A stretch of DNA of 32,000 bases from positions 178,976-210,975 of the IMG/VR virus record IMGVR_UViG_3300045988_166581; one strand, 5' to 3'. Source of the stretch: a virus. The translations under genes were made by a program, and so were the position numbers. Positions 17,689 to 26,731 of this stretch are shown piece by piece. Below the pieces are notes generated by a model. That model had not been told where the DNA came from. It did not search any database and saw only the letters and a program-made list of their open reading frames with translations. Each line of letters begins with the position of its first letter. The stretch's first letter is position 1.

Positions 17689-18170
17689 TGGAGGATAAGA
17701 AAATGTTATATTGGCTTAAACATCGTGATTATAGAACGATTAATTATACAGAAGATTTGGATGAAGCATATAAATTTTGTGCAACGCATCCTGGATATGA
17801 GATTATAGTAGCTGAAAAGTTAAAAAAAGACATTGATTATAATGAAACTGAGTTTATTTATAGATATATTGTTTCTTTTAATTTATCAATGGATGAAAAG
17901 TCTTATGTCATGATAAAACACTTAGAGAATGAATCAGAATTTAATTATTGTAATTGTTATACTAAAAATTTTGAATTCCATGATTCAGTAGGTGCTTATA
18001 GAGAAGGACGGCGTGTCTACTTCAATATTTTTATTGGAGAAAGAAATTATAGCATTGCTTGTAAAATTGCTGAAGAATATTTAAATAAATTAATTAATAT
18101 GGGCAATGGAAAAGTTACAAAAGAAAACATTGAGTTGATGAATGAAGAATTACGAATTGCTAAAAAATAA
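17688..18170 (+). CDS. Hypothetical protein
   Basis: 160 aa ORF, stop/start overlap with preceding gene. Confidence 0.65.
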   Translation: MEDKKMLYWLKHRDYRTINYTEDLDEAYKFCATHPGYEIIVAEKLKKDIDYNETEFIYRYIVSFNLSMDEKSYVMIKHLENESEFNYCNCYTKNFEFHDSVGAYREGRRVYFNIFIGERNYSIACKIAEEYLNKLINMGNGKVTKENIELMNEELRIAKK

Positions 18171-18349
18171 AGTATTTATATAAGGTTAGATATTTTGAAG
18201 ATGCAATTCGCAAATCGAAAGTTTATATAAAAAATAAAGAAAACGATTTACAGAAATTAAAAGAAGAATATGAAAAAGAAATTGGAAGTAAATAATAGCT
18301 GAAAAGCATTATAAAAGATATATAAATAAAAAAAGGAGAAAAGATAATT

Positions 18350-18955
18350 ATGATGAACAATTTTTTAAACGGTATGTTTGGTAAAGTAGGTAACGGAATG
18401 TGCAGACTTTCTATGAGTGGCGGTATTGCAGTAAAAACATCTAATGGTTATAAAAGTTATAATGTGAAGACTGGTAGACTTACAAATTGTGACAATTTTG
18501 CATTTGATATTGGACAGGATTTCTTCTTTATTATTCCAACAAACAAAGTTAGTGCAGGTGATATTATATTTGCAAATGGAAAGCCTAAATGTGTTATTAA
18601 AGTAGAGAAGAATATGATTACTGCAATCAATTATGAAGATTCTACTGTAGAGAATATTATTCCAGAGCGACACGTATTCATGGGAAATACATATTTTTAT
18701 GGAAAGATTGTTTCTTTACTTGGAAGTAATATTACTAAGGGAAAAAACGGAATGAACAATATTTTCAAATATATGATGCTATCTCAGATGATGAATGGAA
18801 ATGGTTCTACCGGAACAGCGAACAATATAAACTCAATGCTTCCGTTTATGATGATGGGCGGTAATATGGGTGATATGTTTGATGGTATGTTTGATTTTGA
18901 TGAAGTAGACGATACTAATGAATTTAATGAAGTAGATACAGAGGAGGAAGAATAA
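18350..18955 (+). CDS. Hypothetical Met/Gly/Asn-rich acidic-tail protein
   Basis: 201 aa ORF, low-complexity MMLSQMMNGNG...MLPFMMMGGNMGDMFDGMFDFDEVDD. Confidence 0.7.
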   Translation: MMNNFLNGMFGKVGNGMCRLSMSGGIAVKTSNGYKSYNVKTGRLTNCDNFAFDIGQDFFFIIPTNKVSAGDIIFANGKPKCVIKVEKNMITAINYEDSTVENIIPERHVFMGNTYFYGKIVSLLGSNITKGKNGMNNIFKYMMLSQMMNGNGSTGTANNINSMLPFMMMGGNMGDMFDGMFDFDEVDDTNEFNEVDTEEEE

Positions 18956-18957
18956 TT

Positions 18958-19860
18958 ATGGGATGGGGAGAATGGGATACAAATAGTTTTATAAGATATT
19001 CAACATCAAAGGGATTAGCGACAGATTCATTAGGGTTTGTTACTTCAAGTGTTTCTAATCAGGAAATGTTTAAGGCAAGATCTCTTGATCCAGTACTTGA
19101 TCCAAACAATGTTATTAGAGAATGTTGCGATTCAGAAGATCATCCAAATACATTACCAGTTGTGATTGCACTTGATGTAACTGGATCTATGGGGCAAGCT
19201 GCAGTTGAGGTAGCAAAAAAACTTAATGGAATTATGACAAAACTTTATGAAAAAATTGCAGATGTTGAATTTATGATTATGGGTATTGGAGATTTATCAT
19301 ATGATTATAATCCAATTCAAGCATCTCAATTTGAATCAGATATAAGGATTGCAGAGCAACTTGATAAAATTTACTTTGAATTTGGCGGTGGTGGAAATGG
19401 ATTTGAGTCATATAGTGCTGCATGGTATTTTGGAACTCATCACACTAAACTTGATTGCTGGAATCGTGGTAAACGAGGAATTATTATTACAATCGGTGAC
19501 GAGAGATTGAATCCTTATCTTCCAATCCGAAGTAGATGTTCTGGTTTAATTGCAACACTTGGAGATAATTTAGAAAAAGATGTGGAAACTCCAGAGCTAT
19601 TTGAAGAAGCTTCTAAGAAATTCGACATTTATCATATTCATGTAAATCATGGTAGTAACTATGACAAAGAAGGTATTGAAAAATCCTTTAAGTCTATTAT
19701 TGAAGAAAATCATTTCAAAGAAGCGACTTTAGATAATATTGCAGAGACTATTGTAAATATTATTGTTGATGCAGCTGAGAACGATGTTAATACAATTATA
19801 ACACCTGCGACAACACCTACTCAGGTAAGTACAAATGAGAATGGTGAAATTGTTTGGTAA
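18958..19860 (+). CDS. von Willebrand factor A-like domain protein
   Basis: VVIALDVTGSMGQAAVEVAKKLNGIMTKLYEKIADVEFMIMGIGD: MIDAS-like DxTGS with following alternating fold pattern. Confidence 0.65.
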   Translation: MGWGEWDTNSFIRYSTSKGLATDSLGFVTSSVSNQEMFKARSLDPVLDPNNVIRECCDSEDHPNTLPVVIALDVTGSMGQAAVEVAKKLNGIMTKLYEKIADVEFMIMGIGDLSYDYNPIQASQFESDIRIAEQLDKIYFEFGGGGNGFESYSAAWYFGTHHTKLDCWNRGKRGIIITIGDERLNPYLPIRSRCSGLIATLGDNLEKDVETPELFEEASKKFDIYHIHVNHGSNYDKEGIEKSFKSIIEENHFKEATLDNIAETIVNIIVDAAENDVNTIITPATTPTQVSTNENGEIVW

Positions 19861-19882
19861 AATAGAATAGGAGATAAAAACG

Positions 19883-20986
19883 ATGAAAGACATTAAGATT
19901 GTGGCTGGAGCAAACTGGGGAGACGAAGGAAAAGGACTAATGACTGATTACTTTTCACAGAAACCTAATAGTATTGTAGTATGTTCTAATGGTGGAAGTC
20001 AAAGAGGACATACTGTGGTAACACCGGACGGAATCAGACATGTCTTTCATCATTTTGGTTCTGGAACTTTTAATGGTGCTGCTACATATTTACCAAAAGA
20101 ATTTATTGTAAATCCACTTATTTTTGCTCAAGAATATAAAGAACTGATAAACAATAAGGTTGTTCCTAATATTTACGTTCATAATGATTGTATGGTTTCG
20201 ACTCCGTATGATATGATGGCAAACCAGGTCATCGAAGAGAGTCGTGGAAAACAAAAGCATGGCAGTTGTGGATTTGGAATTTTTGAAACCATTAAGAGAT
20301 ATAAAAATGGTATAACCGATTTTGATAAAATAAAGAACTATTATCTTGAAAAATTTGAACGAGATAAAATTCTACTATCGGACGATTGGAAAAGAATATT
20401 TAATGATCCAGGAATAAATGATCATTTTATAGAAGATTTGGATTTTATGAATGAACACATTAAATCAATTAGAGATGAAAGCTTTCTAAATATGTTTGAT
20501 CATATTATTTTTGAAGCCGCTCAAGGATTACTACTCGATCAGAATAATCTAAAATATTTCCCATATCTTACGCCATCTAATACAGGTCTGAAAAATCCCA
20601 AAGAAATTATTGAAAGAATTGATTGGTATGATGAATTGAATATAGAAGTATGTTATGTGACACGTACATATTTAACTAGGCATGGTGCCGGTCCGTTTCC
20701 AACTGAGTGCGATAAAAACGAAATTAATTCTGAAATGCACGATAATACAAATGTACCTAATCCTCATCAGGATACTTTGAGGTATGGAAAACTGGATTTG
20801 GATGAACTATATCGGAGAATTACAGCAGATGTGGGAGATTTTGAGTGTAAAAAATCCATTGCTCTTACGCATTGTAATGAATTTAGAATGGATGAAGATA
20901 AGTTTGAGAAGTTATTTTTAGGATGGAATATTTATAAATCAGATGGTGAAACACATAATAGTGTAAAGGAGACAAGCCGAGCATAG
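19883..20986 (+). CDS. Adenylosuccinate synthetase-family protein (PurA/PurZ-like)
   Basis: IKIVAGANWGDEGKGLMTDYF, NGGSQRGHTVV, HGSCGFGIFETIKR, FPYLTPSNTGL, YLTRHGAGPFPTE; short (~367 aa) relative to E. coli PurA. Confidence 0.85.
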   Translation: MKDIKIVAGANWGDEGKGLMTDYFSQKPNSIVVCSNGGSQRGHTVVTPDGIRHVFHHFGSGTFNGAATYLPKEFIVNPLIFAQEYKELINNKVVPNIYVHNDCMVSTPYDMMANQVIEESRGKQKHGSCGFGIFETIKRYKNGITDFDKIKNYYLEKFERDKILLSDDWKRIFNDPGINDHFIEDLDFMNEHIKSIRDESFLNMFDHIIFEAAQGLLLDQNNLKYFPYLTPSNTGLKNPKEIIERIDWYDELNIEVCYVTRTYLTRHGAGPFPTECDKNEINSEMHDNTNVPNPHQDTLRYGKLDLDELYRRITADVGDFECKKSIALTHCNEFRMDEDKFEKLFLGWNIYKSDGETHNSVKETSRA

Positions 20987-21029
20987 CAGTGATATTGAAT
21001 TCGAATTTCATAAAGCAGTAGATGATTAC

Positions 21030-21209
21030 ATGGCATTTTGTAAAGAAGTTGGAAAAAAGAGAATTAAAAATTGTCCTGGTATTGCAATACAGTGTCGTGG
21101 AAAAATTGTAATGGCAGAACCACATCCGAGGTTCACAGGAGCTTGGAGATATGAACTAAATGGTGAAACTTGGGTTTGTAGTAATTGGGCGTTTGAAGAG
21201 GGTTATTGA
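21030..21209 (+). CDS. Small hypothetical ORF (59 aa)
   Basis: MAFCKEVGKKRIKNCPGIAIQCRGKIVMAEPHPRFTGAWRYELNGETWVCSNWAFEEGY; frame is open upstream to 20967 without an ATG. Confidence 0.4.
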   Translation: MAFCKEVGKKRIKNCPGIAIQCRGKIVMAEPHPRFTGAWRYELNGETWVCSNWAFEEGY

Positions 21210-21490
21210 TGGATATTTTTAATGATAAGAATGTATATGTTTACACAGAAAATGACACAGTGTTTATTTTTCCTAAAGGTCAAGATAAGCCGGTGAAAAT
21301 TTGTTATGAAGATCCTAATAGACGAATTGTTGCAAACAATGATGGCTCTATAACAATTGAAGATACAGTATCATTGGAATGGCTTACAAATCATATTGTC
21401 AATAAGGAAGATTATGAAAAAATAGAAAATGCTTTAAAAGAAGCTATAAGTAAAACAAAGTTTACTGTGTATGAAGTACAAGTACGATAA
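21206..21490 (+). CDS. Hypothetical protein
   Basis: 94 aa ORF, ATGA overlap. Confidence 0.6.
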   Translation: MMDIFNDKNVYVYTENDTVFIFPKGQDKPVKICYEDPNRRIVANNDGSITIEDTVSLEWLTNHIVNKEDYEKIENALKEAISKTKFTVYEVQVR

Positions 21491-21550
21491 AAGATATGTT
21501 TTACGGAAGTGTATATACATATGGTTAAATTACAAAATATGGGGGTAAAA

Positions 21551-21841
21551 ATGGGCTGTACAGATATCAGTTATAAAATTATGTGCCAACGCTTTGATAA
21601 GCTGATTTATAGTCGAAAGGATATTGATTTGTCGGCTGATATAAAAGAGTTGGAAAACAGAATCCAAAGTAAAGAACATACACCGGAATATTATTTTAAC
21701 GCCGGAGTGATCGCCAGAGGATATCTGGATGAGATTCATGAGAACGGTGACGCAGTTAATGCTTACATTGGTGGATTAAATCAATTCTGTTGGCTAATTG
21801 GTTTAGATAATGAAGAGGATGATAATGATGAGAATAACTAA
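21551..21841 (+). CDS. Hypothetical protein
   Basis: ORF, preferred ATG 21551 (track start 21509). Confidence 0.55.
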   Translation: MGCTDISYKIMCQRFDKLIYSRKDIDLSADIKELENRIQSKEHTPEYYFNAGVIARGYLDEIHENGDAVNAYIGGLNQFCWLIGLDNEEDDNDENN

Positions 21842-22160
21842 ATTTCCAGATAAATGTGATCCAAATAAAATAATGATGGATACAATTATAAAAAGAAATA
21901 GTGTGTGTCCATGCTGTGGAGAGAATAGACTTTGTACAGTTAAAGATGAACTAGATGCGATAAAAGAACATAAAAAATTATCCGGCATAAGACAATTTTA
22001 TGGTATTCGCCATCGAAGATTAGGATTTCAAAAGCCTTGGTATAAACATATTTTTCAAGGAGAGAAATGGTGGAATTCATTAAGTTTTAAATGTGAAACT
22101 TGCGGAGCAGAATGGGAATCGGAAGAGTTTCCGGATATTGAATGTTGTATTGAGGAATAA
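21810..22160 (+). CDS. Zinc-ribbon hypothetical protein
   Basis: CPCCGENRLC...FKCETCGAEWES Cys pairs. Confidence 0.6.
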   Translation: MKRMIMMRITKFPDKCDPNKIMMDTIIKRNSVCPCCGENRLCTVKDELDAIKEHKKLSGIRQFYGIRHRRLGFQKPWYKHIFQGEKWWNSLSFKCETCGAEWESEEFPDIECCIEE

Positions 22161-22161
22161 G

Positions 22162-22524
22162 ATGGATAAGATTATATATTTTGAACTAAATAATTGGATT
22201 CCTGGAATATTCTATCCAGACGATGAACCGTTTAGATTATGGATGAAAAATGATTTACAAATCAAATTTGATGATGAGACTTGGGTAAAGAAAAGCAGAT
22301 TATGTGTAGTTAGAGAATTAATTGATATGTCTTCAAATTATTGTATTACTGCTACACGAGAATGGGTCGTGAATAATTGTCCAAAACTGCTTACTGATTA
22401 TGCAGAGTTTATTAGATATAAAGAAGATGATGGTAAGGTATATGGACGGTTTGGGACGGAATTTAAAGAATACAGAGAAGAAAATATTGGTATATGGGAT
22501 TTGGAGGAAAACTATGAGCGATAA
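22162..22524 (+). CDS. Hypothetical protein
   Basis: Preferred ATG 22162 (track start 22093). Confidence 0.6.
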   Translation: MDKIIYFELNNWIPGIFYPDDEPFRLWMKNDLQIKFDDETWVKKSRLCVVRELIDMSSNYCITATREWVVNNCPKLLTDYAEFIRYKEDDGKVYGRFGTEFKEYREENIGIWDLEENYER

Positions 22525-22891
22525 AAATTTTTTGGTTGAAGATACTGTTTGGTTTTATATTAGAAAACACGATTTTATGTCTAAGGGAATTATAAAAGAA
22601 ATATTTATTTTAGATGAAATTCCTTTTGCACTTATTAGAAATGGACATATGGAAACTAAAATGCCTATTTCTCAAATATTTCATGACGATCTTGAACTTA
22701 TTGCTTGGATTGAAAAAGAAGAGAAAGCAAATGTAAAACGCATAAAAGATAATATTCATGATGCGAAAGAGCTGGTTGAACTTATGTATTCTGTAATTGA
22801 AGACTGTGAATTCATGCCAGTAGCAGATTTAAATGATAAGAAGATTGCTATTAAAGAAAGAGCAAAAGAAATTTTTGATGTAAAAATTTAA
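22514..22891 (+). CDS. Hypothetical protein
   Basis: Preferred ATG 22514 after GGAGG. Confidence 0.6.
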   Translation: MSDKNFLVEDTVWFYIRKHDFMSKGIIKEIFILDEIPFALIRNGHMETKMPISQIFHDDLELIAWIEKEEKANVKRIKDNIHDAKELVELMYSVIEDCEFMPVADLNDKKIAIKERAKEIFDVKI

Positions 22892-22897
22892 AGGACA

Positions 22898-23128
22898 TTG
22901 ATTATGGATAGTAAAAATTTTAAAGTTGGCGATAAAGTTTGGTTTTGGGAGCGATGGCCAGAAAGACCTGTATTTGGTACTATTGAAAAAATTTATATTA
23001 CTGGATCAAAATTATGGGCCGAGTTAAATTATGATAATGGAAGACCTGCTGGACGATTTTTTGATTATTTATTTGAAACGAAAGAAGATTTATTGGAGTT
23101 TAAAAAAAAGAATAAAAGCAAAATTTGA
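22898..23128 (+). CDS. Hypothetical protein (KOW/SH3-like start)
   Basis: MDSKNFKVGDKVWFWERWPERPVFGTIEKIY. Confidence 0.55.
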   Translation: MIMDSKNFKVGDKVWFWERWPERPVFGTIEKIYITGSKLWAELNYDNGRPAGRFFDYLFETKEDLLEFKKKNKSKI

Positions 23129-23141
23129 TTGGAGTGATTTT

Positions 23142-23414
23142 ATGGCGTTTACTGTAAATTTTCCTGTTGATACAGGAACATTTGTAATTACAAATTATAA
23201 AGATGTTGATTTAAGCAAACCAGAAACCTTACTTGGTAGAGTTGGTACTATTGCATGTTACCAAAGTATTACTCAGGAAAGCGATGATAATTCGTTTATC
23301 GTTATGGTATCAGGATATAAAGATGCGTGGTGTCAAGAAACTTTGTTAGATTGGTTACATATTGCAACAAATGAAGAAGTTGAATTGTATAAGAAAGTAA
23401 TGGGTGTTAAATGA
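23142..23414 (+). CDS. Hypothetical protein
   Basis: Preferred ATG 23142 after GGAG. Confidence 0.6.
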   Translation: MAFTVNFPVDTGTFVITNYKDVDLSKPETLLGRVGTIACYQSITQESDDNSFIVMVSGYKDAWCQETLLDWLHIATNEEVELYKKVMGVK

Positions 23415-23695
23415 AGAAGAAAATTTTAGCTACGATTGCAGCTGGATTAATTTGTGTATCTGCGATTGGATGTGGAACAACATATCAGGAAGCAACGAAT
23501 ATACCTGAAAAAGGAAATTTTGGCAACGGATATTTTACTGAACTGGCGAAGTGGAACGATGGCATATTAACTTTTAAAATTGTTTATGATAATGACACAA
23601 AAGTAAAATATTTTATAATGAATGGTAATTATACATCAGGTATCACACCACTTTATAATGCAGATGGAACATTACAGGTTTATGATGGAGAGTGA
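23411..23695 (+). CDS. Putative lipoprotein
   Basis: MKKKILATIAAGLICVSAIGC signal/lipobox-like N-terminus. Confidence 0.65.
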   Translation: MKKKILATIAAGLICVSAIGCGTTYQEATNIPEKGNFGNGYFTELAKWNDGILTFKIVYDNDTKVKYFIMNGNYTSGITPLYNADGTLQVYDGE

Positions 23696-23698
23696 CAT

Positions 23699-24019
23699 AT
23701 GAAGTTAAAGAGAAGAAAAATACAGGGTGAAGTGCGCAAAGCATGGGTCTGCGAAATTACGTGGTTTTTAGATCAAGTAGCTGGATTAGATGAACGGCTT
23801 CATTATATTGTAATAAACGACTTAATATTGTTTGATGACGAAGAACCTGCAACATATTATATTAGAGTTCCTGGTGGAACGGTCGGAAGCATCTTTTTGG
23901 ATGATGACTATAACATTAAAGAGATTTTTATTGATCCGAATAATGTGGTAGAAAGTTATCCGGCGAACATTAATAAACAGATGAAGAAATTTATTGGTGA
24001 AAGGATGATGATCGAGTAA
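23699..24019 (+). CDS. Hypothetical protein
   Basis: 106 aa ORF. Confidence 0.6.
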   Translation: MKLKRRKIQGEVRKAWVCEITWFLDQVAGLDERLHYIVINDLILFDDEEPATYYIRVPGGTVGSIFLDDDYNIKEIFIDPNNVVESYPANINKQMKKFIGERMMIE

Positions 24020-24192
24020 TGTACTGCAAAGGGGATTGTCAGTATTTAGATACTATTAAAGGTAAATGTAAGCTTAATGATAAACGAAAAATGGCAAAAA
24101 TGAAATATAGTAATGCTGGATTATCATTTACTGTTTATGAACATATTGGATTCTGTGAAATGGATGGTAAAGATGAGGAGGTTGGTGAGTAA
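24019..24192 (+). CDS. Small Cys-containing protein (57 aa)
   Basis: MYCKGDCQYLDTIKGKCKLNDKRKMAKMKYSNAGLSFTVYEHIGFCEMDGKDEEVGE; ATG overlaps preceding TAA. Confidence 0.5.
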   Translation: MYCKGDCQYLDTIKGKCKLNDKRKMAKMKYSNAGLSFTVYEHIGFCEMDGKDEEVGE

Positions 24193-24430
24193 ATGGAATT
24201 GTTAAAATGTCCCTTTTGTGGGGAGTGAAAAACTAAAAGTTGGTCACAAAACAAAATTTAAAGATCCGTGGAAGAAAATTGTAAGAATGAGTTTTTATGT
24301 AATGTGCAATTGCTGTCGCGCAAAAGGAAGTACAATTTCAAAAGAGATCCATTATGATGATCAAGCAGAAGAAATTAGTAAAGCAAAAGATTTGGCTATT
24401 GAGAAGTGGAATATGAGGGACGAGATATGA
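24193..24430 (+). pseudogene. Lar-like (restriction alleviation-type) zinc ribbon, frameshifted at a G4 run
   Basis: Frame 1 MELLKCPFCGE* (stop 24226-24228); +1 frame continues (G)SEKLKVGHK...VMCNCCRAKGSTISKEIHYDDQAEEISKAKDLAIEKWNMRDEI. Merged CPFCG-S...VMCxxCxAxG...A...WNxR fits Lar family. Confidence 0.6.
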
Positions 24431-24714
24431 GATTAATAGATGCTGATGCAGAAATAGAAAGACTACAAAAATGGATAAAAATGACTGAAAAAGAAATAGT
24501 GCATTTTGATGACGAAAACGATGATTATAAAATAATAGGATATTTAATGGATCAAAGAAATATGTTTTTAGATGAGATTAGAAAACTTCAATCATATAGC
24601 ACAGCTTATGATTTGGATATTTTGCTTGATGGTCTTAATGAGATTTTAAAAGATGAAATTTCGCAGCCGATTGCAGATTGTGTTTATGAGTGTGTGCAGC
24701 AAGGTTGTTGGTAA
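24406..24714 (+). CDS. Hypothetical protein
   Basis: 102 aa ORF; ATG near 24427 alternative. Confidence 0.55.
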   Translation: MEYEGRDMRLIDADAEIERLQKWIKMTEKEIVHFDDENDDYKIIGYLMDQRNMFLDEIRKLQSYSTAYDLDILLDGLNEILKDEISQPIADCVYECVQQGCW

Positions 24715-24815
24715 TATAATAAAAACGATATTTTATTGTGAAAATAGGAACAATATATTGCGTTCTTAGTAACAATAAACACAATATATTGTGTGTGAAT
24801 GGATGGAAATAAATT

Positions 24816-25025
24816 ATGAAAGAAATTAGAAATTTTTTGTGTGATAAGAAACCAGATTTGTTTGATTATATTGCGTCCAGGGATATTGCACAAAAAGACA
24901 ATTGTGTTATATGTCTTCAGTGGGTTGTTCCATACTCTGGTACATATAGTGAAGTGATTTATGGAAATGAAAGTGATGAAGATTTGGAAGCAATGGATAA
25001 GAAACATTATGTATATCCTATGTAA
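24816..25025 (+). CDS. Hypothetical protein
   Basis: 69 aa ORF. Confidence 0.55.
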   Translation: MKEIRNFLCDKKPDLFDYIASRDIAQKDNCVICLQWVVPYSGTYSEVIYGNESDEDLEAMDKKHYVYPM

Positions 25026-25040
25026 GAAGGGAGAAATAAT

Positions 25041-25904
25041 ATGCCAATAAATGATGATCTTGGTAAAAGAATGAAAGAATATTATGAGCAGATTTCAAAG
25101 ACAAAATTAATGCGAAGATGTCCGGTTGTATTGAGAATTGATGGTAGGGCATTTCACACATTTTGTCGATCATTTAATAAACCTTTTGATGATATTTTAG
25201 TTAAAACAATGCAGGATACAATGAAATATTTATGTGAAAATATAGAGGGTTGTGTGCTTGGATATACTCAGTCTGACGAAATATCTTTACTACTTATTGA
25301 TTATAAAAAATTAGATACTGCAGCTTGGTTTGATTATGAAGTACAGAAACTTTGTTCTATATCAGCAAGTATGGCAACTTTAGCTTTTAACAAATTCTTT
25401 TATGATAATGTAGAATTTAATTTCCAGGAAGAATGGGCAAAAATTAATGAAAAAATTACTAATAAAGAAATTAGTTCTGAAGAAGCAGAGCCTATGTTTG
25501 ATAAATTAGAAGACGAATATTATGATAAATACTATTCTAAGTGTAACAAAGCAATGCTTGATTCAAGATGCTTCAATATTCCGAAAGAAGAAGTAACAAA
25601 TTATTTCTATTAGCGACAACTCGATGCCACACGCAATTCTATTCAAATGGTTGGACAAGCAAATTTTTCACATAAAGAATTACAGAATAAATCATGTAAT
25701 GATATTCAAAATATGTTATTAACTGAAAAAGATATCAACTGGAACGATCTTATAACTTATAAAAAGCGTGGAAGCTGCTGTGTAAAAAAAGAATTTGTTC
25801 AAGATGATATTACACAAACCAAGTGGGTGGTAGATAAAAATATTCCTATCTTTAAAGGCGAAGATCGGTGCTACATTAATGATTTAGTATTCGTTGGAGA
25901 GTGA
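25041..25904 (+). pseudogene. tRNA-His guanylyltransferase (Thg1)-like protein interrupted by in-frame TAG
   Basis: VVLRIDGRAFHTFCRSFNKPFDD...GCVLGYTQSDEISLLL...KLCSISASMATLAF...LDSRCFNIPKEEVTNYFY[TAG 25611-25613]RQLDATRNSIQMVGQANFSHKEL. Same reading frame on both sides. Confidence 0.85.
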
Positions 25905-25911
25905 TATTATA

Positions 25912-26088
25912 ATGAAAGTATATTTTGGAAGTTTGGACCACATGGATATATATGCCTGTGCCGCAAAAAGTAAATTTACTGGAGATTATAATATAAGCAT
26001 TATTCCAGATTATACTAAAATTCCTAATTGGTGTCCGTTATTAAATCAGAAAAATTATATTATGAAAGTAACAGGTGAATTATTATGA
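25912..26088 (+). CDS. Hypothetical protein
   Basis: MKVYFGSLDHMDIYACAAKSKFTGDYNISIIPDYTKIPNWCP; track start 25894. Confidence 0.5.
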   Translation: MKVYFGSLDHMDIYACAAKSKFTGDYNISIIPDYTKIPNWCPLLNQKNYIMKVTGELL

Positions 26089-26376
26089 AAGATTTTCCGG
26101 AATACATTAAAAAGAATTTAGAAGAGCTTAACCAGAGATGATTTGATTTATTTACCCAGAGAGTATGATCATACATGGTCATGTATTGGAGAGACGTTGG
26201 TTGATCAGAGTAAACAACATATAAATAATGAATATGCAATTGATAAGATCCGTTGTTATTTATCTGAGCTTAATGGACTAAATCCAAGAAGTAATAGATT
26301 GGATTTAGAAATTAAGTTACGAAAAGGTGAAATTACACCAGATGAATATAGGAAAATTGTGTTAGGTGGTGATTAA
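26085..26376 (+). pseudogene. Hypothetical gene possibly split by a single-base indel
   Basis: MKDFPEYIKKNLEELNQR* (stop 26139-26141) and the adjacent frame RDDLIYLPREYDHTWSCIGETLVDQSKQ... has no ATG start. Confidence 0.35.
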
Positions 26377-26378
26377 AG

Positions 26379-26681
26379 ATGCCAGTAAGTAGTGAAAAAT
26401 ATTATAAACCAGAAGAAGCTTTACAGGATCTACAGGTACAGGAAACGATTTTAAATGTTGCAGTTGATGTACAGGTATTGCTTAGAATTTTAGTTGATAA
26501 AGAAGTTATCACTAGAGAGGAAGTAGCAGAATATAGAAAAGAAGTTAGAAATTCACCCAAGTACAAAGTGGTAGCAGATGATATTCAAAGACAAAAAACT
26601 GGGTTTCAGGCTGCTAAAGATAATCCACAGGAATATCTGAAAGCAATACTTAAAGCTAAAATGGATGGAAAAATTAATTAA
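26379..26681 (+). CDS. Hypothetical protein
   Basis: 100 aa ORF. Confidence 0.6.
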   Translation: MPVSSEKYYKPEEALQDLQVQETILNVAVDVQVLLRILVDKEVITREEVAEYRKEVRNSPKYKVVADDIQRQKTGFQAAKDNPQEYLKAILKAKMDGKIN

Positions 26682-26731
26682 GAAAGGATAAGTTCGTAAA
26701 ATGCGCGCAGCTCTTACGATGGTAAGATAGG

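Noticed and set aside
20984-21209. Frameshift truncating the PurA-like C-terminus
   Set aside because: The downstream open frame (SSDIEFEFHKAVDDYMAFCKEV...) is not recognisable as PurA, and the PurA-like protein already reaches its final motifs. Treated as a separate small ORF, low certainty.
25611-25613. Genome-wide TAG reassignment as explanation for the Thg1 interruption
   Set aside because: TAG appears to terminate other genes in the window at positions consistent with the next gene's start (e.g. 9907-9909 before the ATG at 9921), and no suppressor tRNA was seen here. Not excluded genome-wide.
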